From a virus (taxonomy: Duplodnaviria > Caudoviricetes), in IMG/VR virus record IMGVR_UViG_3300032075_000001, positions 1 to 64,000 of that record: a stretch of DNA of 64,000 nt; one strand, written 5' to 3'. Positions 31,695-42,000 of this stretch are shown piece by piece. The position numbers were made by a program, and so were the translations under genes. The notes beneath the pieces were generated by a model. It had not been told where the DNA came from, made no database searches, and saw nothing but the letters and a program-made list of their open reading frames with translations. Every line of letters starts with the position of its first letter. The stretch's first letter is position 1.

Positions 31695-34090
31695 GCGACG
31701 ATCTCAATCTCCCACCATCCCTCCGTCTCAAGCACCTCTGGCCCATCGAGGACAAGCTGGAGGATGCGCGGCGACAGCGACTCAAGGGCGGCGGGTTGAT
31801 TCGTCCCGCTCTTCACGAAGCGCAGAAGAAGATGAAAGCTGAAGCGCGCAGGTTCAATGTTGCTGCGTTAGGCCGACGCGCGGGTAAGTCAGTATTCGGT
31901 CAGGATGTCAGTGGCGACTATCTCATGGCGGGTTGGCCTGTCGGGTGGTTCGCACCCTCATACAAGATTCTCGCAGATAGCTGGCGCGACTTACAACGAG
32001 TGTTCGCTCCAGTGACAGTGGACAAATCCACGCAGGAGCATCGACTGGAACTCTCGACGAAAGGGGTGCTGGAGTGCTGGTCGCTGGACAATCCCGACGC
32101 AGGTAGAAGTCGCAAGTACAAGCTGGTGATCGTTGACGAAGCAGCCCTCGTGCGTTATCTGGGAGATGCATGGCAAGCGTCAATTCGACCCACTCTCACT
32201 GACTATCAAGGTGATGCGTGGTTCCTCTCCACTCCACGTGGCTCGAACTTTTTCCGCACGATCTACAACTGGGGACAAGATCCACTCAAAGACGAATGGC
32301 GCTCGTGGCAGATGCCGTCGTCGGTCAATACTACCCTCACCGATCTCGACAAAGAGATCGAAGCGGCGCGATTGGAACTGCCGGAGCGCATCTTTCGACA
32401 AGAGTATCTGGCTGAGTTCATCGACGACGCGGGTGGAGTGTTTAGACGAGTGCTCGAATCAGCTTGTGCCACTGCTCAAGACTCAGCCCTCGATGGACAT
32501 AACTACCTGATCGGAATCGACTGGGGCAAGTATAACGATTTCACGGTGCTGAGTGTAATTGACGTGACGACGAAGGAGTTGGTCTACGTGGATCGCTTCA
32601 ATCAGATCGACTACACCGTGCAGATTGAGAGGTTGCGCACGCTCGCCACGAAGTTTAAGACGAAGACTCTCATCCCTGAGCACAACTCCATCGGCATTCC
32701 GCTGATTGAGCAACTCCAGCGTGAAGGCTACAACGTCCACCCATTTACGACCACGAATGCGTCTAAAGCTGAAGCGATAGACTCGCTCGCGCTTGCGTTG
32801 GAGAAAGGCGATTTGCGCATAATTGATAACCCAGTACTGATTGCTGAATTGCAAGCCTATGAAGCTGAGAGATTGCCGAGTGGGATGCTGAGATATTCGA
32901 GCCCGGAAGGTTATCACGATGACTGTTTGCCGCAGGGAACGCTGATTAAAACATTGACTGGCTATCGTCCAATTGAAGAAGTCCAACCCGGTGATCAGGT
33001 GCTTACTCATCGCGGTCGCTATATGCCCGTAGAGAGGGCGATTACCAAGCCCTTCTCGGGCCTGTTTTATGATTGTAAATTTAGAAATCAGCTAGAACTG
33101 TCGCTGAGCCACAATCACCCAATATTGGCTGTCTGCCGCGACTACACCGGCGATGTCTCTGGTCCATTTACACGCGAGCAGTGGGTATTACCGGGCGACT
33201 GGCGTAAATCTTACCGTGCGGTAACGGTAGTTGAATCTCCAGTACTGCGTGTTGGCGATGTACTGACAGAACGTGAGTTTTACACCAATGGGAAATGCGC
33301 GGTGAATATCAAGTTGCGAGAACTGCAACTTGATGAAGGATTTGCAAGCTTGCTCGGGCGCTTTCTTGCCGATGGTCACTGTTCCAATTCTTCGGGCTGG
33401 ACCATGAGCCTCGCATTTAACGTTAAAGATGTGCATTCGATTGAGTACTTTCGCTACTATCTCAACTTGCTGAGAATTTCTAATAGAGCGGAGAAGGCGC
33501 GAAGTAACTGCGTGGCCTTAACGTTTTCCAGTAAGCTATTATGGCATGCCCTGAAGACCTGTTATTCATCCTCCGGCGAGAAACAGCTCCCGCCTTACTT
33601 TCACCGTTTACAAGTTCACGGTAAAACAGTGGTAGATGAATGGTTGGCTGGCGATGGTTGGCACCGTCCTCCACACGTAACGCAACCGAACGGCGTTACG
33701 GTTCAGTCTCCCGGCTACACGATAGGTGCGACCACAAGTGCGCGACTGGCTTTAGGAATGCGAGATCTAGCTCTCGCAAATGGGCTATACGCAACGGTAA
33801 GAAAATATGAGCGGCGGCGTTACGAAAAGTCTACTAAGCCTCAATATTGGGTTACGATAAAAGAAGACGGTTCCGAGAATAATCATTCCCGAAAGCTCTC
33901 TCCGGTTAGTTACGGCTCTCCCGTGGAGACTATTGCCGAACGGCAATTTGAAGGCACGGTCTATAATCTTCAAGTTGCCGAAGATAGATCATTTATAGCG
34001 AATGGCATCGTGGTCCATAATTGCGTCATCAGCCTCGCCCTCGCATGGCACGGAGCCAGCATCAGGCCGAGACGGGTGCTGTATGCGTAG
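31691..34090 (+). CDS. terL: Terminase large subunit, intein-containing
   Basis: Walker A GRRAGKS, Walker B LVIVDEAA, nuclease IGIDWG and HDD|CV. Confidence 0.96.
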   Translation: MSDDLNLPPSLRLKHLWPIEDKLEDARRQRLKGGGLIRPALHEAQKKMKAEARRFNVAALGRRAGKSVFGQDVSGDYLMAGWPVGWFAPSYKILADSWRDLQRVFAPVTVDKSTQEHRLELSTKGVLECWSLDNPDAGRSRKYKLVIVDEAALVRYLGDAWQASIRPTLTDYQGDAWFLSTPRGSNFFRTIYNWGQDPLKDEWRSWQMPSSVNTTLTDLDKEIEAARLELPERIFRQEYLAEFIDDAGGVFRRVLESACATAQDSALDGHNYLIGIDWGKYNDFTVLSVIDVTTKELVYVDRFNQIDYTVQIERLRTLATKFKTKTLIPEHNSIGIPLIEQLQREGYNVHPFTTTNASKAEAIDSLALALEKGDLRIIDNPVLIAELQAYEAERLPSGMLRYSSPEGYHDDCLPQGTLIKTLTGYRPIEEVQPGDQVLTHRGRYMPVERAITKPFSGLFYDCKFRNQLELSLSHNHPILAVCRDYTGDVSGPFTREQWVLPGDWRKSYRAVTVVESPVLRVGDVLTEREFYTNGKCAVNIKLRELQLDEGFASLLGRFLADGHCSNSSGWTMSLAFNVKDVHSIEYFRYYLNLLRISNRAEKARSNCVALTFSSKLLWHALKTCYSSSGEKQLPPYFHRLQVHGKTVVDEWLAGDGWHRPPHVTQPNGVTVQSPGYTIGATTSARLALGMRDLALANGLYATVRKYERRRYEKSTKPQYWVTIKEDGSENNHSRKLSPVSYGSPVETIAERQFEGTVYNLQVAEDRSFIANGIVVHNCVISLALAWHGASIRPRRVLYA
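32924..34021 (+). mobile_element. Intein with LAGLIDADG homing endonuclease (366 aa)
   Basis: Starts CLPQGTLI, block B SHNHPI, LLGRFLADG and EWLAGDG, ends VYNLQV...VVHN followed by Cys+1. Confidence 0.96.
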
Positions 34091-34493
34091 ATTCGATAGC
34101 GGCTAGAGCGGCGAGACAGATTGCTTCCGCGAGTGACTCGGCCTCGGCATTCCTGCTCGACTTCACTGTGCCCTTGCAGAATGATGCGTAAGGCAACTTT
34201 CCTTCGTACAACGTACAGGCGAATGACCAGCCCTGTTCCCGCATCTTCTCAACTACCCGCATTGCAGCTTCAATGGATCTGGCAAACTTCGGAATGTCAT
34301 CGTTGAACTGATCGTCCTGCATTCCATCGATTTCAGTCAAGACCCATCCCAGTTCGCGCCATACTTCCGCAGTCCCCGGTGAGAGAAACTGGTTACGCTC
34401 GACTTCATTTGCCTCGCAATGAAACCAACGAAAGTTAAAGACGCGCTTTGCTACTTCAAGCTCAAGCTCTCTTCCACTTAGTTCTTCAGACAT
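34062..34493 (-). CDS. Phage ABA-sandwich-like domain protein
   Basis: RELELEVAKRVF...FARSIEAAMRVVEKM...LAEAICLAAL. Confidence 0.65.
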   Translation of the reverse strand: MSEELSGRELELEVAKRVFNFRWFHCEANEVERNQFLSPGTAEVWRELGWVLTEIDGMQDDQFNDDIPKFARSIEAAMRVVEKMREQGWSFACTLYEGKLPYASFCKGTVKSSRNAEAESLAEAICLAALAAIESTHTAPVSA

Positions 34494-34737
34494 CTCTCAA
34501 CACTCCCTGAAGAATTACGATCACCCAGAATAAACCCGCGTAGAGGATCGCTATCCATCTTGACGATAACTTCCAGATCTTCATTGCAATGAGTGGGACG
34601 ATCGCTGGGGTTAAACTTACAAACACCGCATAGCCAATCCGGTTCAAAGGATTGCAACCAGATAGAAGTAAGCAGATTGAGAGACTCAGTACGAAACCTG
34701 AGACAGTTGAAATTAAGAGGGTTAAGCTAGGTGACAA
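34486..34737 (-). CDS. Three-TM membrane protein
   Basis: Three hydrophobic segments. Confidence 0.5.
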   Translation of the reverse strand: MSPSLTLLISTVSGFVLSLSICLLLSGCNPLNRIGYAVFVSLTPAIVPLIAMKIWKLSSRWIAILYAGLFWVIVILQGVLRDV

Positions 34738-34754
34738 AATACTGCTCTCCGATC

Positions 34755-35455
34755 TCAGCGTTCACGGATAACCTCCGAGTCATCAGGCAAACTCTTGTGA
34801 CCCCACTCCGGCCCGCCCATGCCGCCTGTAACCTTACCCCACGCCGATCCGTTTTCATCGTCAAGATAGAATGTCTGCTTGCCGTAGTTGACTTCAACCG
34901 CCACGCGCTCAGTACCTTCCATATCAGCGCACCACCACGTAGGTTTTTCAACTGTACCGACGCGGACAATCACTCGGCGACAGTTTGCTGGCTCGCCATT
35001 CCAGTACGTCTTCTCTGGTCGTGGGCCTGATCTCAGTATGAACGACGACGACTTACGTGCTCGCCGTCTCAGTGAACTTGCAATGCTCATTTGAAGTCCT
35101 CGTAAATCGCGTCTAACTCTTCGTCTGTCGGCTCCGTGACTTTCGAGAAGTCTACCTTACTGAAATCAACTCCGGCAGCGATAAGGTTTTTAACAATACC
35201 CCGCGCGATCAGTGGCCCTGTTCGGCGGAATCGTTCACGAAAACGAATCTTTGCAATTTCTCGCAGAATTGCAATGTTCACGTCGTCGCGCGTGGCGTAT
35301 TCAAATTCGTCGCTTCCGGTTGATAGGCTAGACATACGCGACTCGCTCTCCCAATCAGAACCAGCCCGCCATGCCCCTCGCACAACGGGCCAGTCCTCAC
35401 CATACAGGAAACCACTCCACGGAGGAGTGATCGAGGGGGAGTGTAGCATAAGCAA
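34755..35455 (+). CDS. Two hypothetical genes (34755-35090, 35087-35455)
   Basis: Coupled ORFs. Confidence 0.55.
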
Positions 35456-35461
35456 TTCGAG

Positions 35462-35490
35462 TTGACAAGATGTTGTGCACAGTGTATTGT
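35462..35490 (+). promoter_or_regulatory. sigma70-type promoter with NrdR-box-like site
   Basis: TTGACA-17-TATTGT; CAAGATGTTGTG at 35466-35477. Confidence 0.8.
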
Positions 35491-35511
35491 TCCTTTTCTA
35501 AATCTTAATCG

Positions 35512-36255
35512 TTGGAGAAGGAAATGCCAAAACTACATCAAATCATCGCTATCGAAGAAGACGCGAAGAACAAGATAGGATCTGTCACCGCAATGCTGGA
35601 ACGGGAAGCGTTAAAGCCCGATTCGTTTAACGGACTAGCTCGCACGTATCGACCAAAGGACGAAGGCGGTGAACCGCTACCTCCTGAACATAAGCGAGTA
35701 CAGTTAGACGCGCGTAAAGAAATTGACAAGTTCATCAAAGCCAAGACTGAATTGATCGACCTGACTGCGACGAAGGACTGGGCCAACATGGAAGCGCGGG
35801 CCGATGTGGAAGTTAACGGTCAGGTGATTCTTATAGCGGTACCTGTTACTCATTTGCTATTCCTAAGCAAGCAGTTGGACCACTTTCGTAACTACGTCGA
35901 GAAACTGCCTACGTTGGACGAATCCGAGGAGTGGAAAGTAGACCCATCAACCGGACAGTGGCGTACGGATATTACAACTCGCCACCGTACCGAGAAGATA
36001 GTTGACTTTAAGACTGTCTCAGAAGCGACGAAGGAACACCCGGCTCAGGTGGCCCAACTAACTAAAGACGTAACAGTCGGCTACTGGGACCAGACTAAGC
36101 TGTCGGCGGCGCTTCCCGTGCCGCAGAAAGAGGAACTGATTACGAAGATTGAGGAACTGCTTAGCGCGGTCAAGTTAGCACGCGGCAAGGCCAACGAGGT
36201 CGAAGCTCCGAGGCAAAAGATCGCTGACACGTTATTTGAATACGTGTTAGGCTAG
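35512..36255 (+). CDS. Uncharacterised protein directly upstream of the tRNA-like RNA (probable start ATG 35524)
   Basis: MPKLHQIIAIE...FNGLARTYRPKDEGGEPLPPE..VQ; helical ends and beta-rich middle; resembles a widespread DUF family from memory (unverified). Confidence 0.8.
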   Translation: MEKEMPKLHQIIAIEEDAKNKIGSVTAMLEREALKPDSFNGLARTYRPKDEGGEPLPPEHKRVQLDARKEIDKFIKAKTELIDLTATKDWANMEARADVEVNGQVILIAVPVTHLLFLSKQLDHFRNYVEKLPTLDESEEWKVDPSTGQWRTDITTRHRTEKIVDFKTVSEATKEHPAQVAQLTKDVTVGYWDQTKLSAALPVPQKEELITKIEELLSAVKLARGKANEVEAPRQKIADTLFEYVLG

Positions 36256-36259
36256 CGAG

Positions 36260-36493
36260 TGTGGAAGTTTTAATCTGAGGCTTAGGCTGAACATGAGAAT
36301 CAACCTATTCCACAGAATCTTAAACCGATCACTATCTGAATGAAGGTAAGCTAAAGCAAAACTAACAGTCCTATGCGTGGGTTCGATTCCCACCGGACGC
36401 TCCAAATATTACTTATGCGTCCGTAGTTCAGCGGTAGAACATGGGACATTGAAACTTAGCGCAATGGCAAGCCGGACACGGATATAGATGATC
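36260..36493 (+). ncRNA. Circularly permuted tRNA-like structured RNA (YrlA-like or two-piece architecture)
   Basis: T arm GTGGG-TTCGATT-CCCAC (36377-93), 3' acceptor CGGACGC+TCCA (36394-404), 12-nt linker, 5' acceptor GCGTCCG (36417-23), D arm GTTC-AGCGGTA-GAAC, closing stem GTCCTA/TGGGAC. Confidence 0.85.
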
Positions 36494-36498
36494 AAAAC

Positions 36499-36571
36499 CG
36501 CGACATAGCTCAACTGGCAGAGCGCAAGACTTATAATCTTGAGGTCGCAGGTTCGACTCCTGCTATCGCAA
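36499..36571 (+). tRNA. tRNA-Ile(UAU) with C1:A72 and C6:A67 mismatches
   Basis: D arm GCTC-AACTGGCA-GAGC, CAAGA-CTTATAA-TCTTG, GCAGG-TTCGACT-CCTGC; no encoded CCA. Confidence 0.85.
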
Positions 36572-36579
36572 ACTCAATG

Positions 36580-36620
36580 GGGCGGGTGGCTAGGGTAAGC
36601 TGCTCGCCCTGTAATCTTCT
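36580..36620 (+). terminator. Hairpin, probable intrinsic terminator
   Basis: 12-bp stem GGGCGGGTGGCT/AGCTGCTCGCCC followed by TGTAATCTTCT (weak U tract). Confidence 0.55.
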
Positions 36621-36624
36621 CGGG

Positions 36625-36654
36625 TTGACAATATCTTGTGGAACGGGCTATTCT
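36625..36654 (+). promoter_or_regulatory. sigma70-type promoter with NrdR-box-like site
   Basis: TTGACA-18-TATTCT; CAATATCTTGTG at 36629-36640. Confidence 0.75.
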
Positions 36655-36658
36655 AATC

Positions 36659-36760
36659 CCCGTCTCGCTGCTGTGTGCAAAGAGGAAGACGCCGCCTGCC
36701 AGTCAGGTGCTCCGTAAAACGGAACTAAGGGATCGCGGTTCGAGTCCGCGTCGGCGGGAC
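36659..36760 (+). pseudogene. Degenerate class II (Leu-CAG-like) tRNA
   Basis: Intact T arm CGCGG-TTCGAGT-CCGCG, GCCTG-CCAGT-CAGGT arm with a 5-nt loop, variable hairpin TCCGT-AAA-ACGGA, irregular acceptor. Confidence 0.5.
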
Positions 36761-36791
36761 ACCTAACAACGATTAAAATGGAGCGACGACG

Positions 36792-38974
36792 ATGAGCGCG
36801 AACATGGACGAAGCAATCGAGCGGCAACGTAATCTGCTCTACGCTCCGAAGACCGATGAGCAGTTGATTATGATTGCACTGCATCATCTTCTTGAAGGAG
36901 TTGGCCTGAAGATGCCAGCATTGCAACGCGAGCTATACGATCGTTATTACGGCGAGCGAGCCAGTAGCGCAAAGTCGGGGAGAAAGTAGTCGTGGTGAAA
37001 ATTCTTGTACTAGCCCATGACGGCAAACCCGAGATATTGCACGTCTTTGAAGATGAAGGCGAACAGGTGAATTACTATCATTATACTGGAACGGACTGCC
37101 CTTGCGCTCCGGTATTGAGTGAATCTAACTCGGGCGGCTACGTGGTTAGGCATTGTTCATTTGAAAAGGCTGTGCAGTGGAATAGCGGTTACTAAGGAGA
37201 TAGACAATGCAACGTCAAGCCGAGCGTCACACACGCTTTCAGACATTTGTCGTGACCATGCCCTACTGGGAGACGTGGACCGAGCAAGTCAAACGTAACG
37301 GCGAAACGATCGAGCGCGGCAACTGTCGTCGGATTTCTCGCCGTACTCGTCGTGACATGGCCCGTCAGCGAGCAAGGCGTGAATATCGCGCGGCTCATAA
37401 TTTACCGGAGCCGCAACATGGATGAACGAGAAGAGGCTGCCTACGCACTGGGCCAGAAGTCGATCTATCGCGAGATGTTAGGTACGGCACTACGACATCT
37501 CGACAGCGATGAGTATAGCCGTGAGGAGTTAATTAAAGAGCGGGTCGATACGATTGCTGTCCTGCGTGGTCTATGTGAGGAGCACGGCGATAACGACTGG
37601 GACGACGATCTCTACTTGGCAGATGTTGTCAGTAAGCACTTAGGTGATCACTTGGATTCGTAACCTATGGTCAAACTCGTCTACGCCACCTGTCGTCACT
37701 GCGGGCACAAGTTCATTCCGCGCGTTGAGCAGCCGCGTCAGTGCGGGGCATGTTGGGGTCTCTCTCCACTGAGAGATACGCCGAGTAACAAGAAGAATGG
37801 ACCAGTGAGTGAAACGCGGAAGAAGGAGGGGAAGTGATGGGCGGAGAGATTTCATTTGACGACTTAAAGAAAATACCCGGTATTGATGAGAAGTGCGAGG
37901 GCGGTGTTTATAAGATGCCGCCTTTCTTTGCCGAGGTGGAGGTTCATGCAGATCGCGAGAATGCGACAATGGCGGTCCATGCCCTGACGGAGATTGCGCT
38001 GGAAACAAAGAACAAAAGTCTTGCCGAGAGTTGTCGTGACTTAATTGTTGACATAATAGCTGAATATGGAGTTGCGAACGGTGCGGGGAAGGAGCAGAAG
38101 TGAGCGATGAATACGATCGCGAACGGTTTACGCGCTACATCAAGGCGTCCAAAATGCTCGAAGAGATCGTGACGATGACAGCAGACGCCGAACCCGGCTA
38201 CTGGGGTCATTGGGTTCCTTTTCAGGAAGGGGTAAAGATGCTTGTCAGGGCGCGTAATAGCGGGTCATTGGATTTAATTGCTGCTACTGGTAATGCAATT
38301 TGCGAGTCGGCTGAACGAGCCCGCCGGAAACTACCTCCGAGGCGATCAAGGAGCCCGAGCAATGAGTGAGCGAGGCGAAGAACTGACGACGCAGCAAGTA
38401 GGATGCCTGCTAATTTTTTCCGTGCTTGCACTGGTTATTATGATTGTATGGGTGAGTAAGGGCTCCACTGATCAAATCCGCGACCTCCAGCGTCGTGTGG
38501 GCCAGTTGGAATCGGAGCGGAGATGAGAACCATAGCACAGTACGAACTCTGGGAGCGCGCACTTGCTGAGATGACGGACGAACAACGCGCCGAGATTGAA
38601 TCTATGATCGCCAACGCTCGCAGCGTGGAATTTGTCTTCAATTGCCCAAAGGTAAAGTACGGCCATCGCGAGACGGCGGAAACAGCAGCGGAGGCAATGC
38701 ACGCAAAGACCGGAGATAGTTATGACGCCTATCAGTGCGACTTCTGTGGTTCGTGGCATATTGGGCACTCGAAGGGTTAATGACAATGATCTGGGCCAGT
38801 CGCATTATTGCCCTTCTCAGCGGCATCCTCTTCGGCTATTGGTGTAACCTCGGCGGCACGCACGTTGACTGGTGGTTATGGGGCAAGTTTATGATTGCCG
38901 CCACGCTTGGAGGACTGGCTGCGGACCTGCGTCGGGAAGCTAAGGTCGCAAACACAACCAAAGCCAGCCTGTAA
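36792..38974 (+). CDS. Cluster of about 10 small hypothetical genes, including a Zn-finger ORF (38523-38780)
   Basis: Coupled ORFs; YQCDFCGSWHIGH motif. Confidence 0.55.
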
Positions 38975-39078
38975 ACCTGTCGGAAAAGCAAGCTGGCCCT
39001 AGTTGGTTCCATAGGGATTGGAAGATGCCGCGCATTATACCTCAACTTCATCGCTAATTCCATGCTACATTCCCACTC

Positions 39079-42000
39079 ATGGCCTTCGCGGTACGCACGG
39101 CTGGGGTAGCATCTGGTGGCTCGTCCTCCGGCACGGGGAATCGCACTGCGACTTTCACTCCGGCAGTGGGAGATCTCGTCGTCGTCTACTGTTGCGTCGC
39201 CGCGAACACGAACGACACTCCCACTTGCTCAGACGACAATTCCGGCACCTACGACCTCATCGACACGCTCAACTTTGCTATCTCCACAGTGAACTATCGA
39301 CTCAGCGTGTTCATTCGCACGGCCTTGATGGTGAATACGACTGCGACGACGATCACAGTTGCAACTGGCAGCAACACCTCCGGCACGATCCACGTCGTTC
39401 CCTGCACGGGAGTCACACGCACCGGAGCAAACGCAGTCCGTAGCAAAGGATCGCAGAACAACCAAGCGGCTGGGACTGCGGCTCCAACCCTGAATCAAGC
39501 CGCGCTCACCAACAACGGCACACTCGTCGCGCAAGGCTCAGCCGACACGACGACAACTCCCCCGACTAACTGGACTGAAATTCTCGACACGAGCCAGATT
39601 AATGACACAGTTGCCCTTGAATCCGCCTCACGTGCGTCAGGCTTCACTGGTACGACGATCACTTTTGGGGCAGCGTCATCCACCCAGTTCTGCGCGCACG
39701 CGATGGAGATCGACATTACCGTGCCGCTCACGCAGTCAGCTTCGGACGATGTCAATAATCTCGCTGATGCGCGTGGGCTGGGTTATGGCAATCTCCACGC
39801 GGACACGCTCAACGCTCTCACTGACACTGCTCAAATCGTCCTCGGCTACAGTGTCGCTGCGACTGACACAGTAACCCTCACTGACGGAGAAGCGCGTCTC
39901 CTCGGCACTCAAACAACTCTCGCCGATACTCTCGCTGCACTCTCAGATGCGAATGCACAACTACTTGGCTACTTACTTGCGCTCGCTGATACGGAAGCTG
40001 CTAACTGGGCCGACTCGCATCAACTCCTCCTCTCGCAACGACTGGCGCTCGCAGACAACTCATTCAACACGGCTGATGCCGCAACTATCCAACTTGGCAT
40101 AACTCTCGCCCTCACCGATTCACTCGAACCGCTCACGGACGATGAATCTCGCCTCGTTACTATCCAGCTTGCTTTTTCAGACTTAATCACTCTATCGGAC
40201 TCGATTCCCGAGCTAACGCACGGATTCAACTTTCGCTCCACTTCTACCTTCGTCACCGATGGCGCAGATCAGACCTACGTACTATCGAATACCTATCCTG
40301 TTACCCGGGATGACTTTAATTTCGGTTATCAAATACCGGGAATAGCCCGTGTCGATCGCTCCACTGGCACTGATCCGAGACTGGCCGGAGCGCACCTTGC
40401 TACTAACGAAGAAGAGGCTACGTACGTCTTCCGTCTCGATCTTCCTACCGCTGGTACGTATCGCGTCGGTCTGGCTATTGGTGACTTCAGCGCCAGTGCG
40501 CGGAGCTATATTGAAGTACGAGACAACAACACGCCGTTCATTACCTTTAGCCCGATAGATACCAACGCCGGAGAATTCGCCGACGCCACGGGGACGATCC
40601 ATACCGCCGCTAATTGGCCTGCGAACAATACCACTGTCGAGCACGTCTTTACCTCGACGATATTGCGGATCGCCATCAATGGAACGTTCGACAGTGGCGA
40701 TTCGGCGATTGCGCATTTATCAATCTCTCAAGTTCAAGAGGGTGCGACTACGCCTTTCGCGATTGGTTACGGGTTGCTGATAACAGAGGCGCTGGATGCA
40801 CTGACCGAGACTCTCAATCTGCACAGTGACGGAGAGTTGCGTACTTCAGACTCTCTCGCTCTCACTGACGCCTTCACTCTCCACCTGCATGTCATCAGCA
40901 GCGTGCTGGAGCTGGAGCTAGACGATCAACTGTCACTGGATGATTCGTGCGCGCTGGGACATGGATTGAGTTGCGTTGATTCAGTCTCGCTCACTGATAG
41001 CGTTGCGGTTCAACTCGGCTATCTCGCCCAATTTTCCGACTCGCTCCAGTCGTTTAATGACAGTGTCAGTCTCCAGTTGGGCCAGCTAGCAGCACTCTCC
41101 GACTCGCTCACTCTCACCGACAGTGAGTTAACGACACTAGGCTACGAGGAACAAGCGACTGACACTCTCGTTCTGACTGACGCGGAGACTAACGAGCTAA
41201 GTTATCGATTCACTTTCACGGAGACGATCACACTCACTGACTCACTTGCGTTGGGTATTGGGTTAATTTTCGCAGATACTGCTGCGATTCTTACTGACTC
41301 GATCTCCACGCAACTCGATCACTTACTCGACTTCAGCGATTCACTCATCATTATTGATAGCGTTGTCATCACCCTCGGCTATGCAGAGAGCGCGAGTGAT
41401 TCACTTCTGCTCACGGACGCTGAGTCACATCGACTAGACCAGTTGCGCGCTTTCTCAGACCTACTCGTCCTTACTGACGAGGTCGCACTCGGCTTCGGAC
41501 TACTATTCACGGATAACGTTGCAACCTTTACCGACTCGATCTCAGTCAGACTTAACGAACTCCTCAATTTCAGTGATTCGCTAGTTCTCGCAGACAACGT
41601 CTCGCTCCGACTCGCCTATGAGCTGCAATTCGCCGACTCAATCGACAATCTTCTCGATAATGAGACGCAGCGACTTGAACAACGGCTAACCTTTACCGAC
41701 TCGCTCAACACTCTCAGCGATTCACTCACTTTCACGCTTGGCGAAGTACTGAGCTTCAGTGACTCCATCACGTTAATCGATTCCCTCGTCCTCGGCTATG
41801 GCCTCGCTCTCACCGACGACGCCAGTTTCCTCATGGACGACATCCTCACTAGTGCGCCACAGGGGCCGTTGCGCGAGGTTGGCGTGACAGATGCGCTTAC
41901 ACCGCTCACTGATGAAGTTTTACTCAGACTCGACTACTTGCTCTCCGTCGCCGACACGGTGGCGAATCTCGACGATTCCTCGGCATTGATCGAAGGTTTG

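Noticed and set aside
36368-36447. Calling the permuted RNA a two-piece tmRNA (ssrA)
   Set aside because: It has a full D stem, G3-C70 rather than G3:U70, no recognisable ANDN-type tag and no SmpB in the window; kept only as an architectural analogy.
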